The notes under the pieces were generated by a model. That model saw only the letters and a list, made by a program, of their open reading frames with translations, did not search any database and was not told where the DNA came from. Of a stretch of DNA of 64,000 nt, positions 48,421 to 58,570 are shown piece after piece (position 1 is the first letter of the stretch; every line of letters starts with the position of its first letter). The stretch comes from an uncultured Acidimicrobiia bacterium. GTDB taxonomy: Bacteria > Actinomycetota > Acidimicrobiia > IMCC26256 > CAWATG01. The stretch is taken from contig CAWATG010000001.1 in assembly GCA_963785035.1 (NCBI GenBank), forward strand, positions 133,879 to 197,878, given 5' to 3'. Both the position numbers and the translations under genes were made by a program.

Positions 48421-49791
48421 ATGGCACACGTCCACCATCTCTCCGGCGGTGCCTTCGCCGACGACGATCCAACTGGCGAAGTCACGGATCTGCTCTGCCA
48501 GATGATCCGCAATCGCTGCGTCAACGACGGGACGGTCGCCTCGGGTGGCGAGGCCCGAAGCGTCGACCTTCTCGCCCAGTACCTCGGTACGACCGGCATG
48601 GACCTTCAGCGCTACGAGCCGAGACCGGGTCGTGCGAGCCTGGTGGCACGGATCGAAGGAACCGATCCGTCGGCGCCCACGTTGTTGCTGATGGGTCACA
48701 CCGACGTGGTTCCCGTGAACGAAGCCGGATGGAGCCGCGATCCGTTCGGAGGCGAGGTCGTCGACGGTGAAGTCTGGGGCCGTGGCGCCATCGACATGTT
48801 GAATCTGACCGCGTCGATGGCGGTCGCCTTTCGTCGGTTGGCCACGTCGAGTTTCAAACCTCGGGGCACCCTGCTCTATCTCGCCGTTGCCGACGAGGAA
48901 TCGCGTGGGACGTGGGGCGCTGATTGGCTGGTCGATCACGAACTCGACGCGGTGCGTGCCGACTATGTGCTCACGGAGTCCGGTGGTGTTCGGATGCGCG
49001 CCGGGGACGGTTCGACTCGACTCCCGGTCCTGGTTGGGGAGAAGGGCACCTTCTGGTCGACCCTGGTGGTGAAGGGCACGCCAGGGCATGGCTCCCAGCC
49101 CTTTTCCACGGACAATGCATTGGTCACCGCCGCCGAGGTCGTGCGCAGGATCGCCCGCTTTGAGCCGCGGGCGCAGATTCACGAAACGTGGATCCGTTTT
49201 GTCGAGGGCATGGACTTCGATCCTGATCTGCGGGCGATGTTGCTCGATCCTGATCGTGTCATCGAAGCATGCGCCGAGCTTCCGGTCGGCACTGCCCGTG
49301 TGTTCCATGCCTGTACGCATACGACGTTCGCCCCGACGGTTGTCCACGGCGGTACGAAAACCAACGTGATTCCCGACCGAGTGGAGCTCGAGATCGATAT
49401 CCGCACATTGCCCGGACAGGGGGAAGCCGAGGTGCGGGCGATGCTGGACGAGGCGCTTGGCGATCTCGCGGACGCCGTCGAGATCCGATCCGACGATGAC
49501 CCGTCAACGGCATCTCCGGTCGACACGCCGTTATGGGATTCGTTGGAACGCGTCTCGCGACGGCTGTGCGCCGACTCGCCGCTCGTCCCGATGCTCATGG
49601 TCGGAGCAACGGACAACCGGTTCTTTCGACGTGCAGGCTCCGTGGGCTACGGCTTCGGCATGTTCAGCTCGGCGATGCGATACGAAGACTATGCCCAGCG
49701 TTTCCACGGGAACGACGAACGCGTCGATCAGGAATCGTTGCGGCTCTCCACCGAGATGTGGGACGCCGTTGCCCGTGACCTCTTGAGCTGA
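48421..49791 (+). CDS. M20-family metallopeptidase (ArgE/DapE/dipeptidase-like)
   Basis: 456-aa ORF with LLLMGHTDVVP, GRGAIDMLN and VADEESRG. Confidence 0.82.
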   Translation: MAHVHHLSGGAFADDDPTGEVTDLLCQMIRNRCVNDGTVASGGEARSVDLLAQYLGTTGMDLQRYEPRPGRASLVARIEGTDPSAPTLLLMGHTDVVPVNEAGWSRDPFGGEVVDGEVWGRGAIDMLNLTASMAVAFRRLATSSFKPRGTLLYLAVADEESRGTWGADWLVDHELDAVRADYVLTESGGVRMRAGDGSTRLPVLVGEKGTFWSTLVVKGTPGHGSQPFSTDNALVTAAEVVRRIARFEPRAQIHETWIRFVEGMDFDPDLRAMLLDPDRVIEACAELPVGTARVFHACTHTTFAPTVVHGGTKTNVIPDRVELEIDIRTLPGQGEAEVRAMLDEALGDLADAVEIRSDDDPSTASPVDTPLWDSLERVSRRLCADSPLVPMLMVGATDNRFFRRAGSVGYGFGMFSSAMRYEDYAQRFHGNDERVDQESLRLSTEMWDAVARDLLS

Positions 49792-49792
49792 A

Positions 49793-50140
49793 TCAGGCGC
49801 AGCGCGGCGAGCGGGGTTTGACCGGTTCGCCGTTCCCCTTCGGATAGCGCGCGACACGACCGACCGGCATGTCGACACGGAAACCGGCGGCTGCGCGTTC
49901 CTCTTCGGACTCGCCGCCCCAGTATCCGTATTCGCGCTGCTCGCGGGCCCATTGGCGGCACGGTTCCATTACCTCGCAGCTCTGACAGATGGCGCTCGCC
50001 TTGCGCTCGCGGACTACCCGAGCCTCGGGGCGTTCACCCGGGGGAGCAAAGAAAAGGTCGTTCTGACCGCGGCACTCGGAGCTGTCGACCCAGGTAAGGG
50101 GCCCTGCGAACATGCGGCTGGGAAGGGTTTCGGCTGCCAA
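49793..50140 (-). CDS. WhiB-family Fe-S transcriptional regulator
   Basis: 115-aa ORF. Four Cys ligands are present (SECRG...AICQSCEVMEPC), followed by the GYWGG turn. TTG 50140 has GGAGGA 8 nt upstream. Confidence 0.85.
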   Translation of the reverse strand: MAAETLPSRMFAGPLTWVDSSECRGQNDLFFAPPGERPEARVVRERKASAICQSCEVMEPCRQWAREQREYGYWGGESEEERAAAGFRVDMPVGRVARYPKGNGEPVKPRSPRCA

Positions 50141-50381
50141 GGCGGCGTTCCTCCGTACAAAAGCGGGAAATGGGTGTCACATCGCGCACTCGCCATATGG
50201 AGATCGGGGGATTTCTCCCGTCGCGTGGGCGGCCAACATCAAACATGCTGGGGCCCAATCTGTCAAACAGGTTGGAATGATGGGTATCATCTGAATTTCC
50301 GATAATACCTGGTCAGCCGAACTGTTACGGCAATTCCGACCACGATCGAATAGTCGTCAAATCAAGGGATATGGGTGCTTT

Positions 50382-51273
50382 ATGGAGCTTCGTCATCTTG
50401 AGACCCTACTGGCCGTCACGCGTGCTGGATCGTTCACCGCCGCTGGCGAGGCACTGCGTACCGTCCAGTCGAATGTGTCGGAACAGGTTCGTCAACTCGA
50501 ACGCGAGCTCGGGGCAACGCTCGTCGTGCGCGGTCGCCGTGGCGCGTCGTTGACGGATTGCGGCGCAGTGGTTGTGGAACGTGCTCGCCGGATTCATCGC
50601 GAGCTTGACGCGATGCGAGCCGATCTTTCGATGTTGCTCGACCTGGAGTCGGGGTACACGAGTTTCGGCATCGTCGGTACCGCAAGTCGTTGGATGGTGC
50701 CCGCGCTGGTGGCAGAGCTCCGTCAGCGCGCCGCCGGCGTGCGCATCCGTATCAACGAAGGCGCATCGGAACGGCTGACCGCAGAGGTGATCGATCATCA
50801 GCTCGCGCAGGCCGTTGTCACCGAGCCGGTGCTCGACGATCGTTTGCTCGTTGAGCACCTCTTGGACGAGACGCTCGTTGGTCTCGCGCCTGCGAATGCG
50901 CAACTGCCCCCAGGACCGGTGTCGCTCGAGACGTTGGCGTCGATGCCGTTGGTGTTGCCGCCGAAGGAGAACCCGCTGCGCATCGAGGTCGAGACGGCGA
51001 TCACCAACGCCGGCCTCGGCGTGCTCGTGCAGGTGGAGGTCGATGGTATTCGGCTCATCGCCGACTTGGTCGCCGCGGGTGCAGGATTCTCGGTACTACC
51101 CGCGACGGCCGTACCGGGAACATCCGATCTCCAGACGTTTCACGTTGACGGGCTACCGCCGCGCCGCCTTGCGTCTGATCACCTCGCGTGACACCTACCT
51201 ATCGCTTGCAGACCGCGCAGTGCGGGACGGAGTGTTGCGTCTCGCGGCTGACTACGGCGAGGGTCGAAGCTGA
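50382..51273 (+). pseudogene. LysR-family transcriptional regulator, reading frame broken once near the 3' end
   Basis: The N-terminus is MELRHLETLLAVTRAGSFTAAGEALRTVQSNVSEQVRQLERELG. The C-terminus continues in the +1 frame (..LITSRDTYLSLADRAVRDGVLRLAADYGEGRS). The extra base lies near 51160-51172. Confidence 0.82.
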
Positions 51274-52058
51274 CGCTCGCTGACGAGTCGCACGGCGGCG
51301 TACGCGATACCGAAGACCGCCCAGCCGCCGACGGCGTCGAGGATGAAGTGGTTGCCGGTGAGCACGATGGCGGTCAGTGTGAGCAGCGGGTATGCGATGA
51401 ATGCCAGCTTGATCCACCGATTCGTCACTCGAGGCACGATCGCGCACGCGCACCACAACGACCAACCACAATGCAGGCTCGGCATCGCCGCATATTGATT
51501 TGAGATCTTGCTCATCGTTGCCGAATTGAACGACCAGAGTGTCGGGTACTTCGCCAGTGTGTCGACGAATTGGTACCTCCCGATGTTGAACACCTCGGAG
51601 AACTCGGGCAACCACCGAGGTGGCATGAGCGGCCATGCCCAGAAACACACGAGCGCTATCAAAGTCATGAGGGCCATGGTGTTTCGCCAGCGTGGGTAGT
51701 CATCAGTCCATCTTCTGAACAGATAGATCCCGACGCCCGCGGTGACGATGAAGTGCAGCGAGCCGTAGACGTAGTTCATGGAGACGATCAGGGCCTTGGA
51801 GTGCAGAGCCCACCGTTGAATCGCCTCTTCGACGTTGAATCCGAGCGTCTCCTGGACCGAGATCAACGCGCGAGCGTGATCGAACGCGACGCGGTCATTG
51901 CCGACGATCGCGTTGCGAATCATCGAGTAGATCCCGTAGAACGCGAGAACCGCAAGAACCTCGAACCACCAAGTGAGGACACGGCCGTTGCTCAGGCGCC
52001 GAACCTTTCGCGCACTCCCGGTGCGGGGCTCGTCGGACACCGAGGTCGTCTCGCTCAC
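51252..52058 (-). CDS. PAP2-superfamily membrane protein (PAP2_3 / inositol-phosphoceramide-synthase-like)
   Basis: ORF 51252..52154, with the start moved to GTG 52058 (GAAGGA upstream; GTGA overlap with the stop of the preceding gene). It is a multi-TM protein with the YAAMPSLHCGWSLW block. Confidence 0.7.
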   Translation of the reverse strand: MSETTSVSDEPRTGSARKVRRLSNGRVLTWWFEVLAVLAFYGIYSMIRNAIVGNDRVAFDHARALISVQETLGFNVEEAIQRWALHSKALIVSMNYVYGSLHFIVTAGVGIYLFRRWTDDYPRWRNTMALMTLIALVCFWAWPLMPPRWLPEFSEVFNIGRYQFVDTLAKYPTLWSFNSATMSKISNQYAAMPSLHCGWSLWCACAIVPRVTNRWIKLAFIAYPLLTLTAIVLTGNHFILDAVGGWAVFGIAYAAVRLVSERQLRPSP

Positions 52059-53068
52059 GAGGCAGGATCCTTCGAGTGTTGGTGGGACTTGCGGTGTCCG
52101 GTCGCGAAACTCGGGGCACCCAGCAGACTCACCAGCAATGTCATGCCGTACCACAGCAAACCCACTGCGACGGCTTGACCGGTCTGAATGCCAAAACCGG
52201 TGAGGAACCCGGAGAGCAATCCCTCGCGAACGCCAAGGCCGCTGATCGAGATAGGGAGCACCTGGGCGATCGCGACGGCAGGAATGAACGCCACGACAGC
52301 AGCCGTCGGCAACGGCAACTCGAGCGCGCGGATAATGAGCAGCACGGACAGGACAACCGATGCCTGGTAGGTGACCGCGGCGGCAAAGATTCGTCGCGTG
52401 GCATGCGGGCGCCGTCGTAGATCGTCAATCCCGACGTGAACGGCGCCAACGAATCGCATCGAGTTCTCGTGCAACGCAAAGCGGCCGGCCAAACGCGGAT
52501 GACCGGCGACGATGAGAATCACTGCGAGTGTGAGCAGCGTGACGCACGCGATCAGGAGTGCCAACCATGCACGTTTGTGGTCGAGCAGCGAAGGATTCAC
52601 GGCGAAGGCAACGAGTGTGAGGAATGGCAGCGCTACGAAACCTGTCAGACGTTCGATCACAACTGCAGCGAACGCAGTGGTGGATGACCCCGTCGACTTT
52701 GCCGAACGCGAAACTCGCAGCACATCACCGCCGATCGTTCCGGGCAGCGCGTTGCCGACGAACATGCCTGCCAGGAGATGGGACACGAGCGTCGGTAGCG
52801 GAACGTGGGCGTCGAAGGCCTTCAGCACGGTCTGCCACCGGCGCGCGGAGAGCAGCACGCCACCGAGTGTCGCCAGAAATGCAGCTCCGAGCAGTGCAAA
52901 CGTCGAGGCGTGGCTTTCCTTGGGGAAGATCTCGTCGGCGTCTGGAAGGTGCGGGATCAGAATTGACAGCAGGAGGCCACTCACCGCGACACGCAGCGCC
53001 ATCCTCAGCACGGCACGGGACCGCGAGGTGCCTCCCACGGTCGCTGCCGAAGGTTCCGCGACGAGCAT
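52055..53068 (-). CDS. flippase-like membrane protein (lysyl-phosphatidylglycerol synthase TM region family, UPF0104)
   Basis: 337-aa multi-TM ORF with ..RWQTVLKAF...LLAGMFVGNALPGTIGGDVLRV.. Confidence 0.7.
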   Translation of the reverse strand: MLVAEPSAATVGGTSRSRAVLRMALRVAVSGLLLSILIPHLPDADEIFPKESHASTFALLGAAFLATLGGVLLSARRWQTVLKAFDAHVPLPTLVSHLLAGMFVGNALPGTIGGDVLRVSRSAKSTGSSTTAFAAVVIERLTGFVALPFLTLVAFAVNPSLLDHKRAWLALLIACVTLLTLAVILIVAGHPRLAGRFALHENSMRFVGAVHVGIDDLRRRPHATRRIFAAAVTYQASVVLSVLLIIRALELPLPTAAVVAFIPAVAIAQVLPISISGLGVREGLLSGFLTGFGIQTGQAVAVGLLWYGMTLLVSLLGAPSFATGHRKSHQHSKDPAS

Positions 53069-53082
53069 TCCTCTAGCCTACG

Positions 53083-53979
53083 TTGCTGTGGAACGGGGGC
53101 TCATCGAATCGTGTCAGCGAAGGGTCCGTACCCACGACGGCGTTGACCTCGTTGTCTGGGATATTCCGACGCAAGGGACAGCCCGACCGAGCGGCCTCGC
53201 AGGCGGGGCAGCAATCCGTCGATCCGGACACGCCGACCCTTGTGCTCGTGCACGGCTTCGGCGGGGGTGTCACCGACTTCGCCGATCATTTGGAGCGGCT
53301 CGCACGTACACATCGAGTCATTGCTTTCGATCTTCGGGGCCATGGTGCCAGTACCGCTCCTACTTCAGCGCAGGACTATCACCTTGATCGTTTCGCCGAC
53401 GACGTCATAGCCGTGCTCGACGCCTGCAGTGTCGGTCGAACGAGGCTACTCGGACATTCCCTCGGTGGAATGGTGGCACGCGAAGTCGTGCACCGCATTC
53501 CTCAACGTGTCGAGGCACTCGTTCTGATGAATACCTCGGCCGGCCCGCCGCCGGGACTTGATCGATCACTCGTTGCTGTCGCCGCCGAGGTCGCAGCGAC
53601 CGAAGGAATGGTGGCGCTCAAGGCGCTCCTGGATTCTGTCGCCGATGACGTGTCGTCCGTGGGCGGCACGGGTGGCAATGCGGCGTTGTTGGAGCGCCAG
53701 GCGCAGAACTTCTCGGTGTTGACCGGTTTGATGTGGTCCACGGTCGCGTTGGAAATCTGCGACCAACCCCACCGCTTGGAGCAACTCGCTCGATATTCCG
53801 GCAAGACTTTGATCATGGTCGGTGAGCTGGACACGATGTTTCTTCCGGCGGCACGTGAGATGGCCGGTGCGGTTGCTCACGCCGAATTGGTGGTCTTCGA
53901 AGGCGTTGGGCATCATCCGCAATTCGAACGCCCTGAGGAGTGGATCCTCACGCTGGAGCGGTTTTTCGCCGGAATCTAG
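53083..53979 (+). CDS. alpha/beta-fold hydrolase
   Basis: 298-aa ORF with LVLVHGFGGG and the nucleophile elbow GHSLGG. The true start is probably downstream of 53083, because only 14 nt separate it from the divergent gene. Confidence 0.75.
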   Translation: MLWNGGSSNRVSEGSVPTTALTSLSGIFRRKGQPDRAASQAGQQSVDPDTPTLVLVHGFGGGVTDFADHLERLARTHRVIAFDLRGHGASTAPTSAQDYHLDRFADDVIAVLDACSVGRTRLLGHSLGGMVAREVVHRIPQRVEALVLMNTSAGPPPGLDRSLVAVAAEVAATEGMVALKALLDSVADDVSSVGGTGGNAALLERQAQNFSVLTGLMWSTVALEICDQPHRLEQLARYSGKTLIMVGELDTMFLPAAREMAGAVAHAELVVFEGVGHHPQFERPEEWILTLERFFAGI

Positions 53980-53989
53980 GTCTTGACCG

Positions 53990-54377
53990 CTAGGCGGTTC
54001 CGCCCGCCTTGTCGATGAATCGTGCCCGCTCGACGACCACGCGCGTGATTCGGCCCGCGGCCACGAGTCCGTGGGCATCGGAGACAGAGACGCGAAAGGT
54101 CAGGCGGCGGCCTTCGATGGTCTCGAGCACAGCCTCGGCCACCACGACGCCGCCCACTGCGGTCGGAGCGAGATGGTCGAGTTGGACCGCGATAGCCGAC
54201 CGTTGTGGTGCCTTCGGGCAGGGTCCCGTCGACTGCGTTGACCGTTGCTTCCTCGGCGAGATTCACCACACGGGGTGTCGCGAGCACCGGTACATCGCCC
54301 GAACGCATCGCCATCGCGGTGTCAGCTTCGGTGACGACGTGGCGGACCTGTGCGCTCAGGCCGGGTTCGAAGGGCAT
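53990..54377 (-). pseudogene. hot-dog-fold thioesterase (FlK-like), reading frame broken once
   Basis: The join is MPFEPGLSAQVRHVVTEADTAMAMRSGDVPVLATPRVVNLAEEATVNAV...TTVGY | VQLDHLAPTAVGGVVVAEAVLETIEGRRLTFRVSVSDAHGLVAAGRITRVVVERARF. The extra base lies near 54190. Confidence 0.75.
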
Positions 54378-54516
54378 TCACATACGATAGGAGGTCAACT
54401 GCCGGTCCGAGCACTTCAAGGGTCTTCGATTGTGGTCGATGATTGCAGGATTGGGCGCTGAACATGCGTCACAGCAGGCGCTAGCCGGTGGCGGACGAAA
54501 AGGGTGGGGGAGGGTC

Positions 54517-55905
54517 ATGATCGACCAAGCGGTGCTGGAGCGGACCCTGAACGCCGCGTTGCTCGGAGGCGGGGATTTCGCCGAGGTGTTCGGTGAGGAC
54601 CGTCGTGTCTCCAATGCACGCCTCGACGACTCCAAGGTGCAGGAGCTCGTCACGGGACATGAACGCGGTGCCGGGATACGAGTCGTGCGAGGTGACACGA
54701 CAGGCTTTGCCCACACCGCCGACTTGAGTGAGCATGGGTTGCGTGAGGCTGCCGAAGCGGCTGCAGCCGCAGCTCGCGGTGGCGGTGGTGGCGCTCGCAT
54801 TGTGGCGCTGACCCGGCAATCGGTCGCAGGACCGTTGATCACCGTGTTCCCTGAGACGGTTGCGAAGGCTCGCAAGGTCGAGATGTTGCGCCGCGCCGAT
54901 GACGCCGCACGTTCTGTCGACGGAGCGATCTCCCAAGTCAGCGCTTCGTATGCCGATTCGCGTCGGCGCACGCTGATCGCGAACTCCGATGGTCTGCTCA
55001 CCGGTGACGATCAGGTCCGAACGAGATTCATGGTCCAAGCGATCGCGGTCGGTGACAGCGGGATGCAAACGGGTATGGAGGCGCCGGGCCGCACGGTCGG
55101 CTTCGAACTCTTCGACGAGTTCGATCCCGAGGCGACCGCGGTGACAGCGGCACAGCGGGCGGTGACAATGCTGAGAGCCCGTCCAGCGCCCTCGGGGAAG
55201 CTGCCGGTCGTGCTCAAGCGTGGCGCGGGCGGTGTGCTCTTTCACGAAGCATGTGGTCATGGCCTCGAGGCTGATCTTGTAGGCCGCGATGCTTCGGTGT
55301 TTCGCGGCCGAATCGGCGAGCAGGTCGCATCACCGCTGTTGACGCTCGTCGACGACGCGACCTTGGCGCAACAGTGGGGCGCATTCGCGATCGACGACGA
55401 AGGCGCGCCGGCACAGCGCAACGTGCTCATCGAAAACGGCATTCTGACGGACTACATGTGGGATCTGCGCAGTGCGCGCAAGGCCGGACGGGTCAGCTCA
55501 GGGAACGGTCGTCGCGAGACCTACCAGCATCTCCCGATGGTTCGTATGACGAACACGTACCTGTTGGCGGGACAGGACGACCCGGAAGCCATCATCGCCG
55601 ATACGGAGTACGGCCTCTACTGCGTGGCGCTCGGTGGGGGTCAGGTCAACACCGCGACCGGAGATTTCGTCTTCGGGATCACCGAGGCATTCATGATCGA
55701 GAACGGCGAAATCACCGAACCGGTTCGTGCAGCCCAACTGATCGGTAACGGTCCCGAGACGTTGATGCGCATCGACGCTGTCGGGAGCGACTTCGACACC
55801 TGGCCCGGAACATGTGGCAAGGACGGCCAGGGTGTGCCTGTGTCGTCAGGCCAGCCCACCTTGAGGGTTTCCGAGCTGACGATCGGCGGTACCGCTGGTG
55901 CCTGA
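54517..55905 (+). CDS. tldD: metalloprotease TldD
   Basis: ORF 54430..55905, with the start moved to ATG 54517 (GGGGGAGGG upstream). It carries the HEACGHGLEAD motif. Confidence 0.88.
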   Translation: MIDQAVLERTLNAALLGGGDFAEVFGEDRRVSNARLDDSKVQELVTGHERGAGIRVVRGDTTGFAHTADLSEHGLREAAEAAAAAARGGGGGARIVALTRQSVAGPLITVFPETVAKARKVEMLRRADDAARSVDGAISQVSASYADSRRRTLIANSDGLLTGDDQVRTRFMVQAIAVGDSGMQTGMEAPGRTVGFELFDEFDPEATAVTAAQRAVTMLRARPAPSGKLPVVLKRGAGGVLFHEACGHGLEADLVGRDASVFRGRIGEQVASPLLTLVDDATLAQQWGAFAIDDEGAPAQRNVLIENGILTDYMWDLRSARKAGRVSSGNGRRETYQHLPMVRMTNTYLLAGQDDPEAIIADTEYGLYCVALGGGQVNTATGDFVFGITEAFMIENGEITEPVRAAQLIGNGPETLMRIDAVGSDFDTWPGTCGKDGQGVPVSSGQPTLRVSELTIGGTAGA

Positions 55906-57267
55906 CGACCGCGTTGAGACGCTGCTGGAGCTCGCTCGTCGTGTGGCGGGGAGTTCCCGTGCCGGTGAAGAGGTCGAGGCGTACGTGATGCGCGCGCGTG
56001 ACACCGATGTGAAGGTGTTCGGCGGTGAGGTCGAGTCCTTATCGGTCGCCGAGATCGCCGGCGTTGGTGTTCGTGTCATCAACGGTGGGCGTCAGGGCTA
56101 CGCGTGGGCTGGGTCGCTCGACGCCGACGTTGTAACCGAAACCGTTCGCGAAGCGCGCGACAACGCCGAGTTCGCCCAGTATGACGAGCATGTAGCGCTT
56201 GCGACACCGCAGGACTTCGCCGGCGTTCCGACACTGTCGCTTGACTTGTGGCGCGACGAACTCGTTCGGTTTCCGACCGATGAGAAGGTTCGGATCGCTC
56301 TCGACGTGGAGAAGATCGCAAAATCGCGCGATGCGCGTATACGCGGCATCGAACACGCGCAATACGGCGACGTCTCGAGCGAGGCGGTCATTGTCACCTC
56401 GACGGGCATCGAGTCCGAGGCCCGCCGGACAGCGTGTTCGGTTTACGTCGTAGCGATCGCCGGTGAGGCAGCACAGACGCAGACCGGTTACGGGTTCTCG
56501 GTCGGTCGGGCGCCTCAGCAACTCGATCTCGACGTTGCTGCGCAGATGGCCACCGACCGTGCTGTCGGACTGTTGGGAGCGGTGCAACCACGCTCAGCGC
56601 GTCTGCCTGTCGTGTTCGACCCGATGGCGACCGCTTCAATCGTGGGGATCATGGGCGCCGCACTCAATGGAGACTCCGCGCTCCGGGGCCGCACGTTCTT
56701 GACCGGGCGATTGGGTGAGGAGATTGCTTCGAGCGCAGTGACGTTGGTCGACGATCCCACAAACGCGGATGCGTTTGCTGCGTCGACCCATGATTCCGAA
56801 GGCGTGCCGACTCGCCGAAACGTGCTCGTCGAGGATGGGTTGTTGCAAATGTTCTTGCACAACGTGTACTCGGCGCGTCGGGCCGGGGTAGCCACCACGG
56901 GCTCTGCGGTACGCGGAGGGTTTCAAGTCGACACCAGGCGTTGGGGCTCGCGCGCTGCATCTGCAGCCGGGACCGCGTGATCGCGACGCGGTGATCGGCG
57001 ATGTCGCCGATGGGGTCTACGTGCAGTCGGTCAGTGGCCTGCATTCGGGTGTCAACGTGGTCAGTGGTGACTTCTCGGTTGGTGCGGAGGGGTTCGAGAT
57101 CCGAAATGGTCAATGCGCGAGCGCCATTGCGCGAGATGACCATCGCCTCGACCTTGCCGCGCATCCTGCTCGACGTTGCCGAGGTGGGATCGGATCTCAC
57201 CTGGCTACCGGGTGGCGCTGCGGGGATGACCATCCGTATCGATGGGATGAGTATCGGCGGCAGATGA
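55898..57267 (+). pseudogene. pmbA: metalloprotease PmbA/TldE, reading frame broken twice
   Basis: GTG 55898 overlaps the tldD stop. The join is ...TGSAVRGG | FKSTPGVGARALHLQPGPRDRDAVIGDVADGVYVQSVSGLHSGVNVVSGDFSVGAEGFEIRNG | ..APLREMTIASTLPRILLDVAEVGSDLTWLPGG... The extra bases lie near 56918 (GGG run) and about 57112. Confidence 0.82.
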
Positions 57268-57286
57268 CCGTGTCCGGACGAGTCGC

Positions 57287-57934
57287 TTACGGCGCAGCTT
57301 CTGGCGGGGTAAGTGCCAACGTCAGGATGCCGTTTGCCCGGGCATAGGCCAGTGGTTCGACGTCGTCGACGTCGACCAGCACGGTGATCGCTTCGTTATC
57401 CGCGCTCCGGCCGTCGTCGGCTCGCTCCACTGTGAGGACGAGAACCGCCGGAGCGACCACCGTCGTCGTTTGAGCCGCGACGCCGCCTTGCGCTGCGTCG
57501 AACGTCGCGATGACGTCGACGCGGTCGCCGGGTCGGGCGGCGCGGGCATCGGCCGTGGTGACACGAACGGCGCGCATACCGTCGGGGACCACTCCGGCGA
57601 GTCCGACGCGCCGACGCGGTGCGAGGTGACGCTTGCGGACCACCTCGCCGGCGAGAATGGGGACGGTGACGACGCGTTCGTGGGCAGCGCGGCGGTCGCG
57701 AAGGGCGCCCGGGCCAATTCCGTCATGGATGCGACGGGTCGTGACGGCTGCAGAGGTGATGGTGACACCGACCGGAAGATCGCGGGTGGCAACGACGACC
57801 GTGACCGGTGGACCGAGCATCTTGGCCTTACGGTCGATGGCGGCCAGATCTGAGGCGACCGTCAGGGACGTGACGATCGCGACCAGCGCAGCGCACAGCC
57901 AAAGTAGAAGGGTCCGTGGCGAACGGCGAAACAT
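57287..57934 (-). CDS. SAF-domain / CpaB-like membrane-anchored protein
   Basis: ORF 57287..58246, with the start moved to ATG 57934 (GGGGAGA upstream). It has an N-terminal TM segment (LLLWLCAALVAIVTSL), then a SAF-like VVVATRDLPVGVTI and a beta-rich C-terminus. Confidence 0.7.
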   Translation of the reverse strand: MFRRSPRTLLLWLCAALVAIVTSLTVASDLAAIDRKAKMLGPPVTVVVATRDLPVGVTITSAAVTTRRIHDGIGPGALRDRRAAHERVVTVPILAGEVVRKRHLAPRRRVGLAGVVPDGMRAVRVTTADARAARPGDRVDVIATFDAAQGGVAAQTTTVVAPAVLVLTVERADDGRSADNEAITVLVDVDDVEPLAYARANGILTLALTPPEAAP

Positions 57935-58025
57935 GGGATCTCCCCGATATTGAGGGCCGCCGAGAAAGGCGGGCGCGCACAAGCGACGGGGGAAGATGCG
58001 GGGAAGGCCGCGAACTTTAGCGGGA

Positions 58026-58472
58026 CTAGGACGTTGAAGGTCCTGATGCCTTGGAGGGCGTTGACGCCGACGATCCCGATCCGGATCCGGATGATGCTGC
58101 ACCGGATGATCCTGCACCGGACGATCCTGCGTTGGAGGACGAACTCGATGAACCCGAGTCGGAGCCCGACGACGAGCCACTGGAGGAGTCGCTGGTTCCG
58201 GAGGCCGACGAAGAGTCGGACCCGCCGCCTGAGCCGCCTGAAGCACCTGATCCGGAGCCGTCGGACTTGTCGAGGCTCGTCGAATTCCGTGACGACGATC
58301 GATTGTCGTTCTTGTAAAACCCGGAGCCCTTGAGCACGATCCCCACCGACCCCAACACCTTGGTCACCTTGCCGCCGCACTCTGGGTGCTTTTCGAGCGA
58401 ATCGTCGGTGATGGACTGCCACACTTCGAAGGTCTCGTTGCACTTGGAGCATTCGTACTGGTAGGTAGGCAT
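58026..58472 (-). CDS. FmdB-family zinc-ribbon protein with Ser/Gly-rich disordered tail (Ruc / Rv0991c-like)
   Basis: 148-aa ORF: MPTYQYECSKCNETFEVWQSITDDSLEKHPECGG (CxxC...CGG ribbon), followed by ~95 residues that are almost entirely S/G/D/A. Confidence 0.85.
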   Translation of the reverse strand: MPTYQYECSKCNETFEVWQSITDDSLEKHPECGGKVTKVLGSVGIVLKGSGFYKNDNRSSSRNSTSLDKSDGSGSGASGGSGGGSDSSSASGTSDSSSGSSSGSDSGSSSSSSNAGSSGAGSSGAASSGSGSGSSASTPSKASGPSTS

Positions 58473-58482
58473 TGTTCGCTCG

Positions 58483-58509
58483 TTAGCACTCGCGGATCGG
58501 GACTGCTAA
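58483..58509. promoter_or_regulatory. CIRCE-like inverted repeat (one mismatch) upstream of the zinc-ribbon gene
   Basis: TTAGCACTC-GCGGATCGG-GACTGCTAA, located 11-37 nt upstream of ATG 58472 on the reverse strand and 62 nt upstream of plsY on the forward strand. Confidence 0.7.
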
Positions 58510-58570
58510 TGCTATCGGACATTGTTGCGTCCGGTCGTGGCGGCCGGGGGGAGGCGGTCACAATGGAGCC

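Noticed and set aside
58051-58317. 88-aa acidic ORF (PDPDPDD... EPESEPDDEP) on the forward strand.
   Set aside because: It is the antisense reading of the Ser/Gly-rich tail of the zinc-ribbon gene, so it is a compositional artefact.
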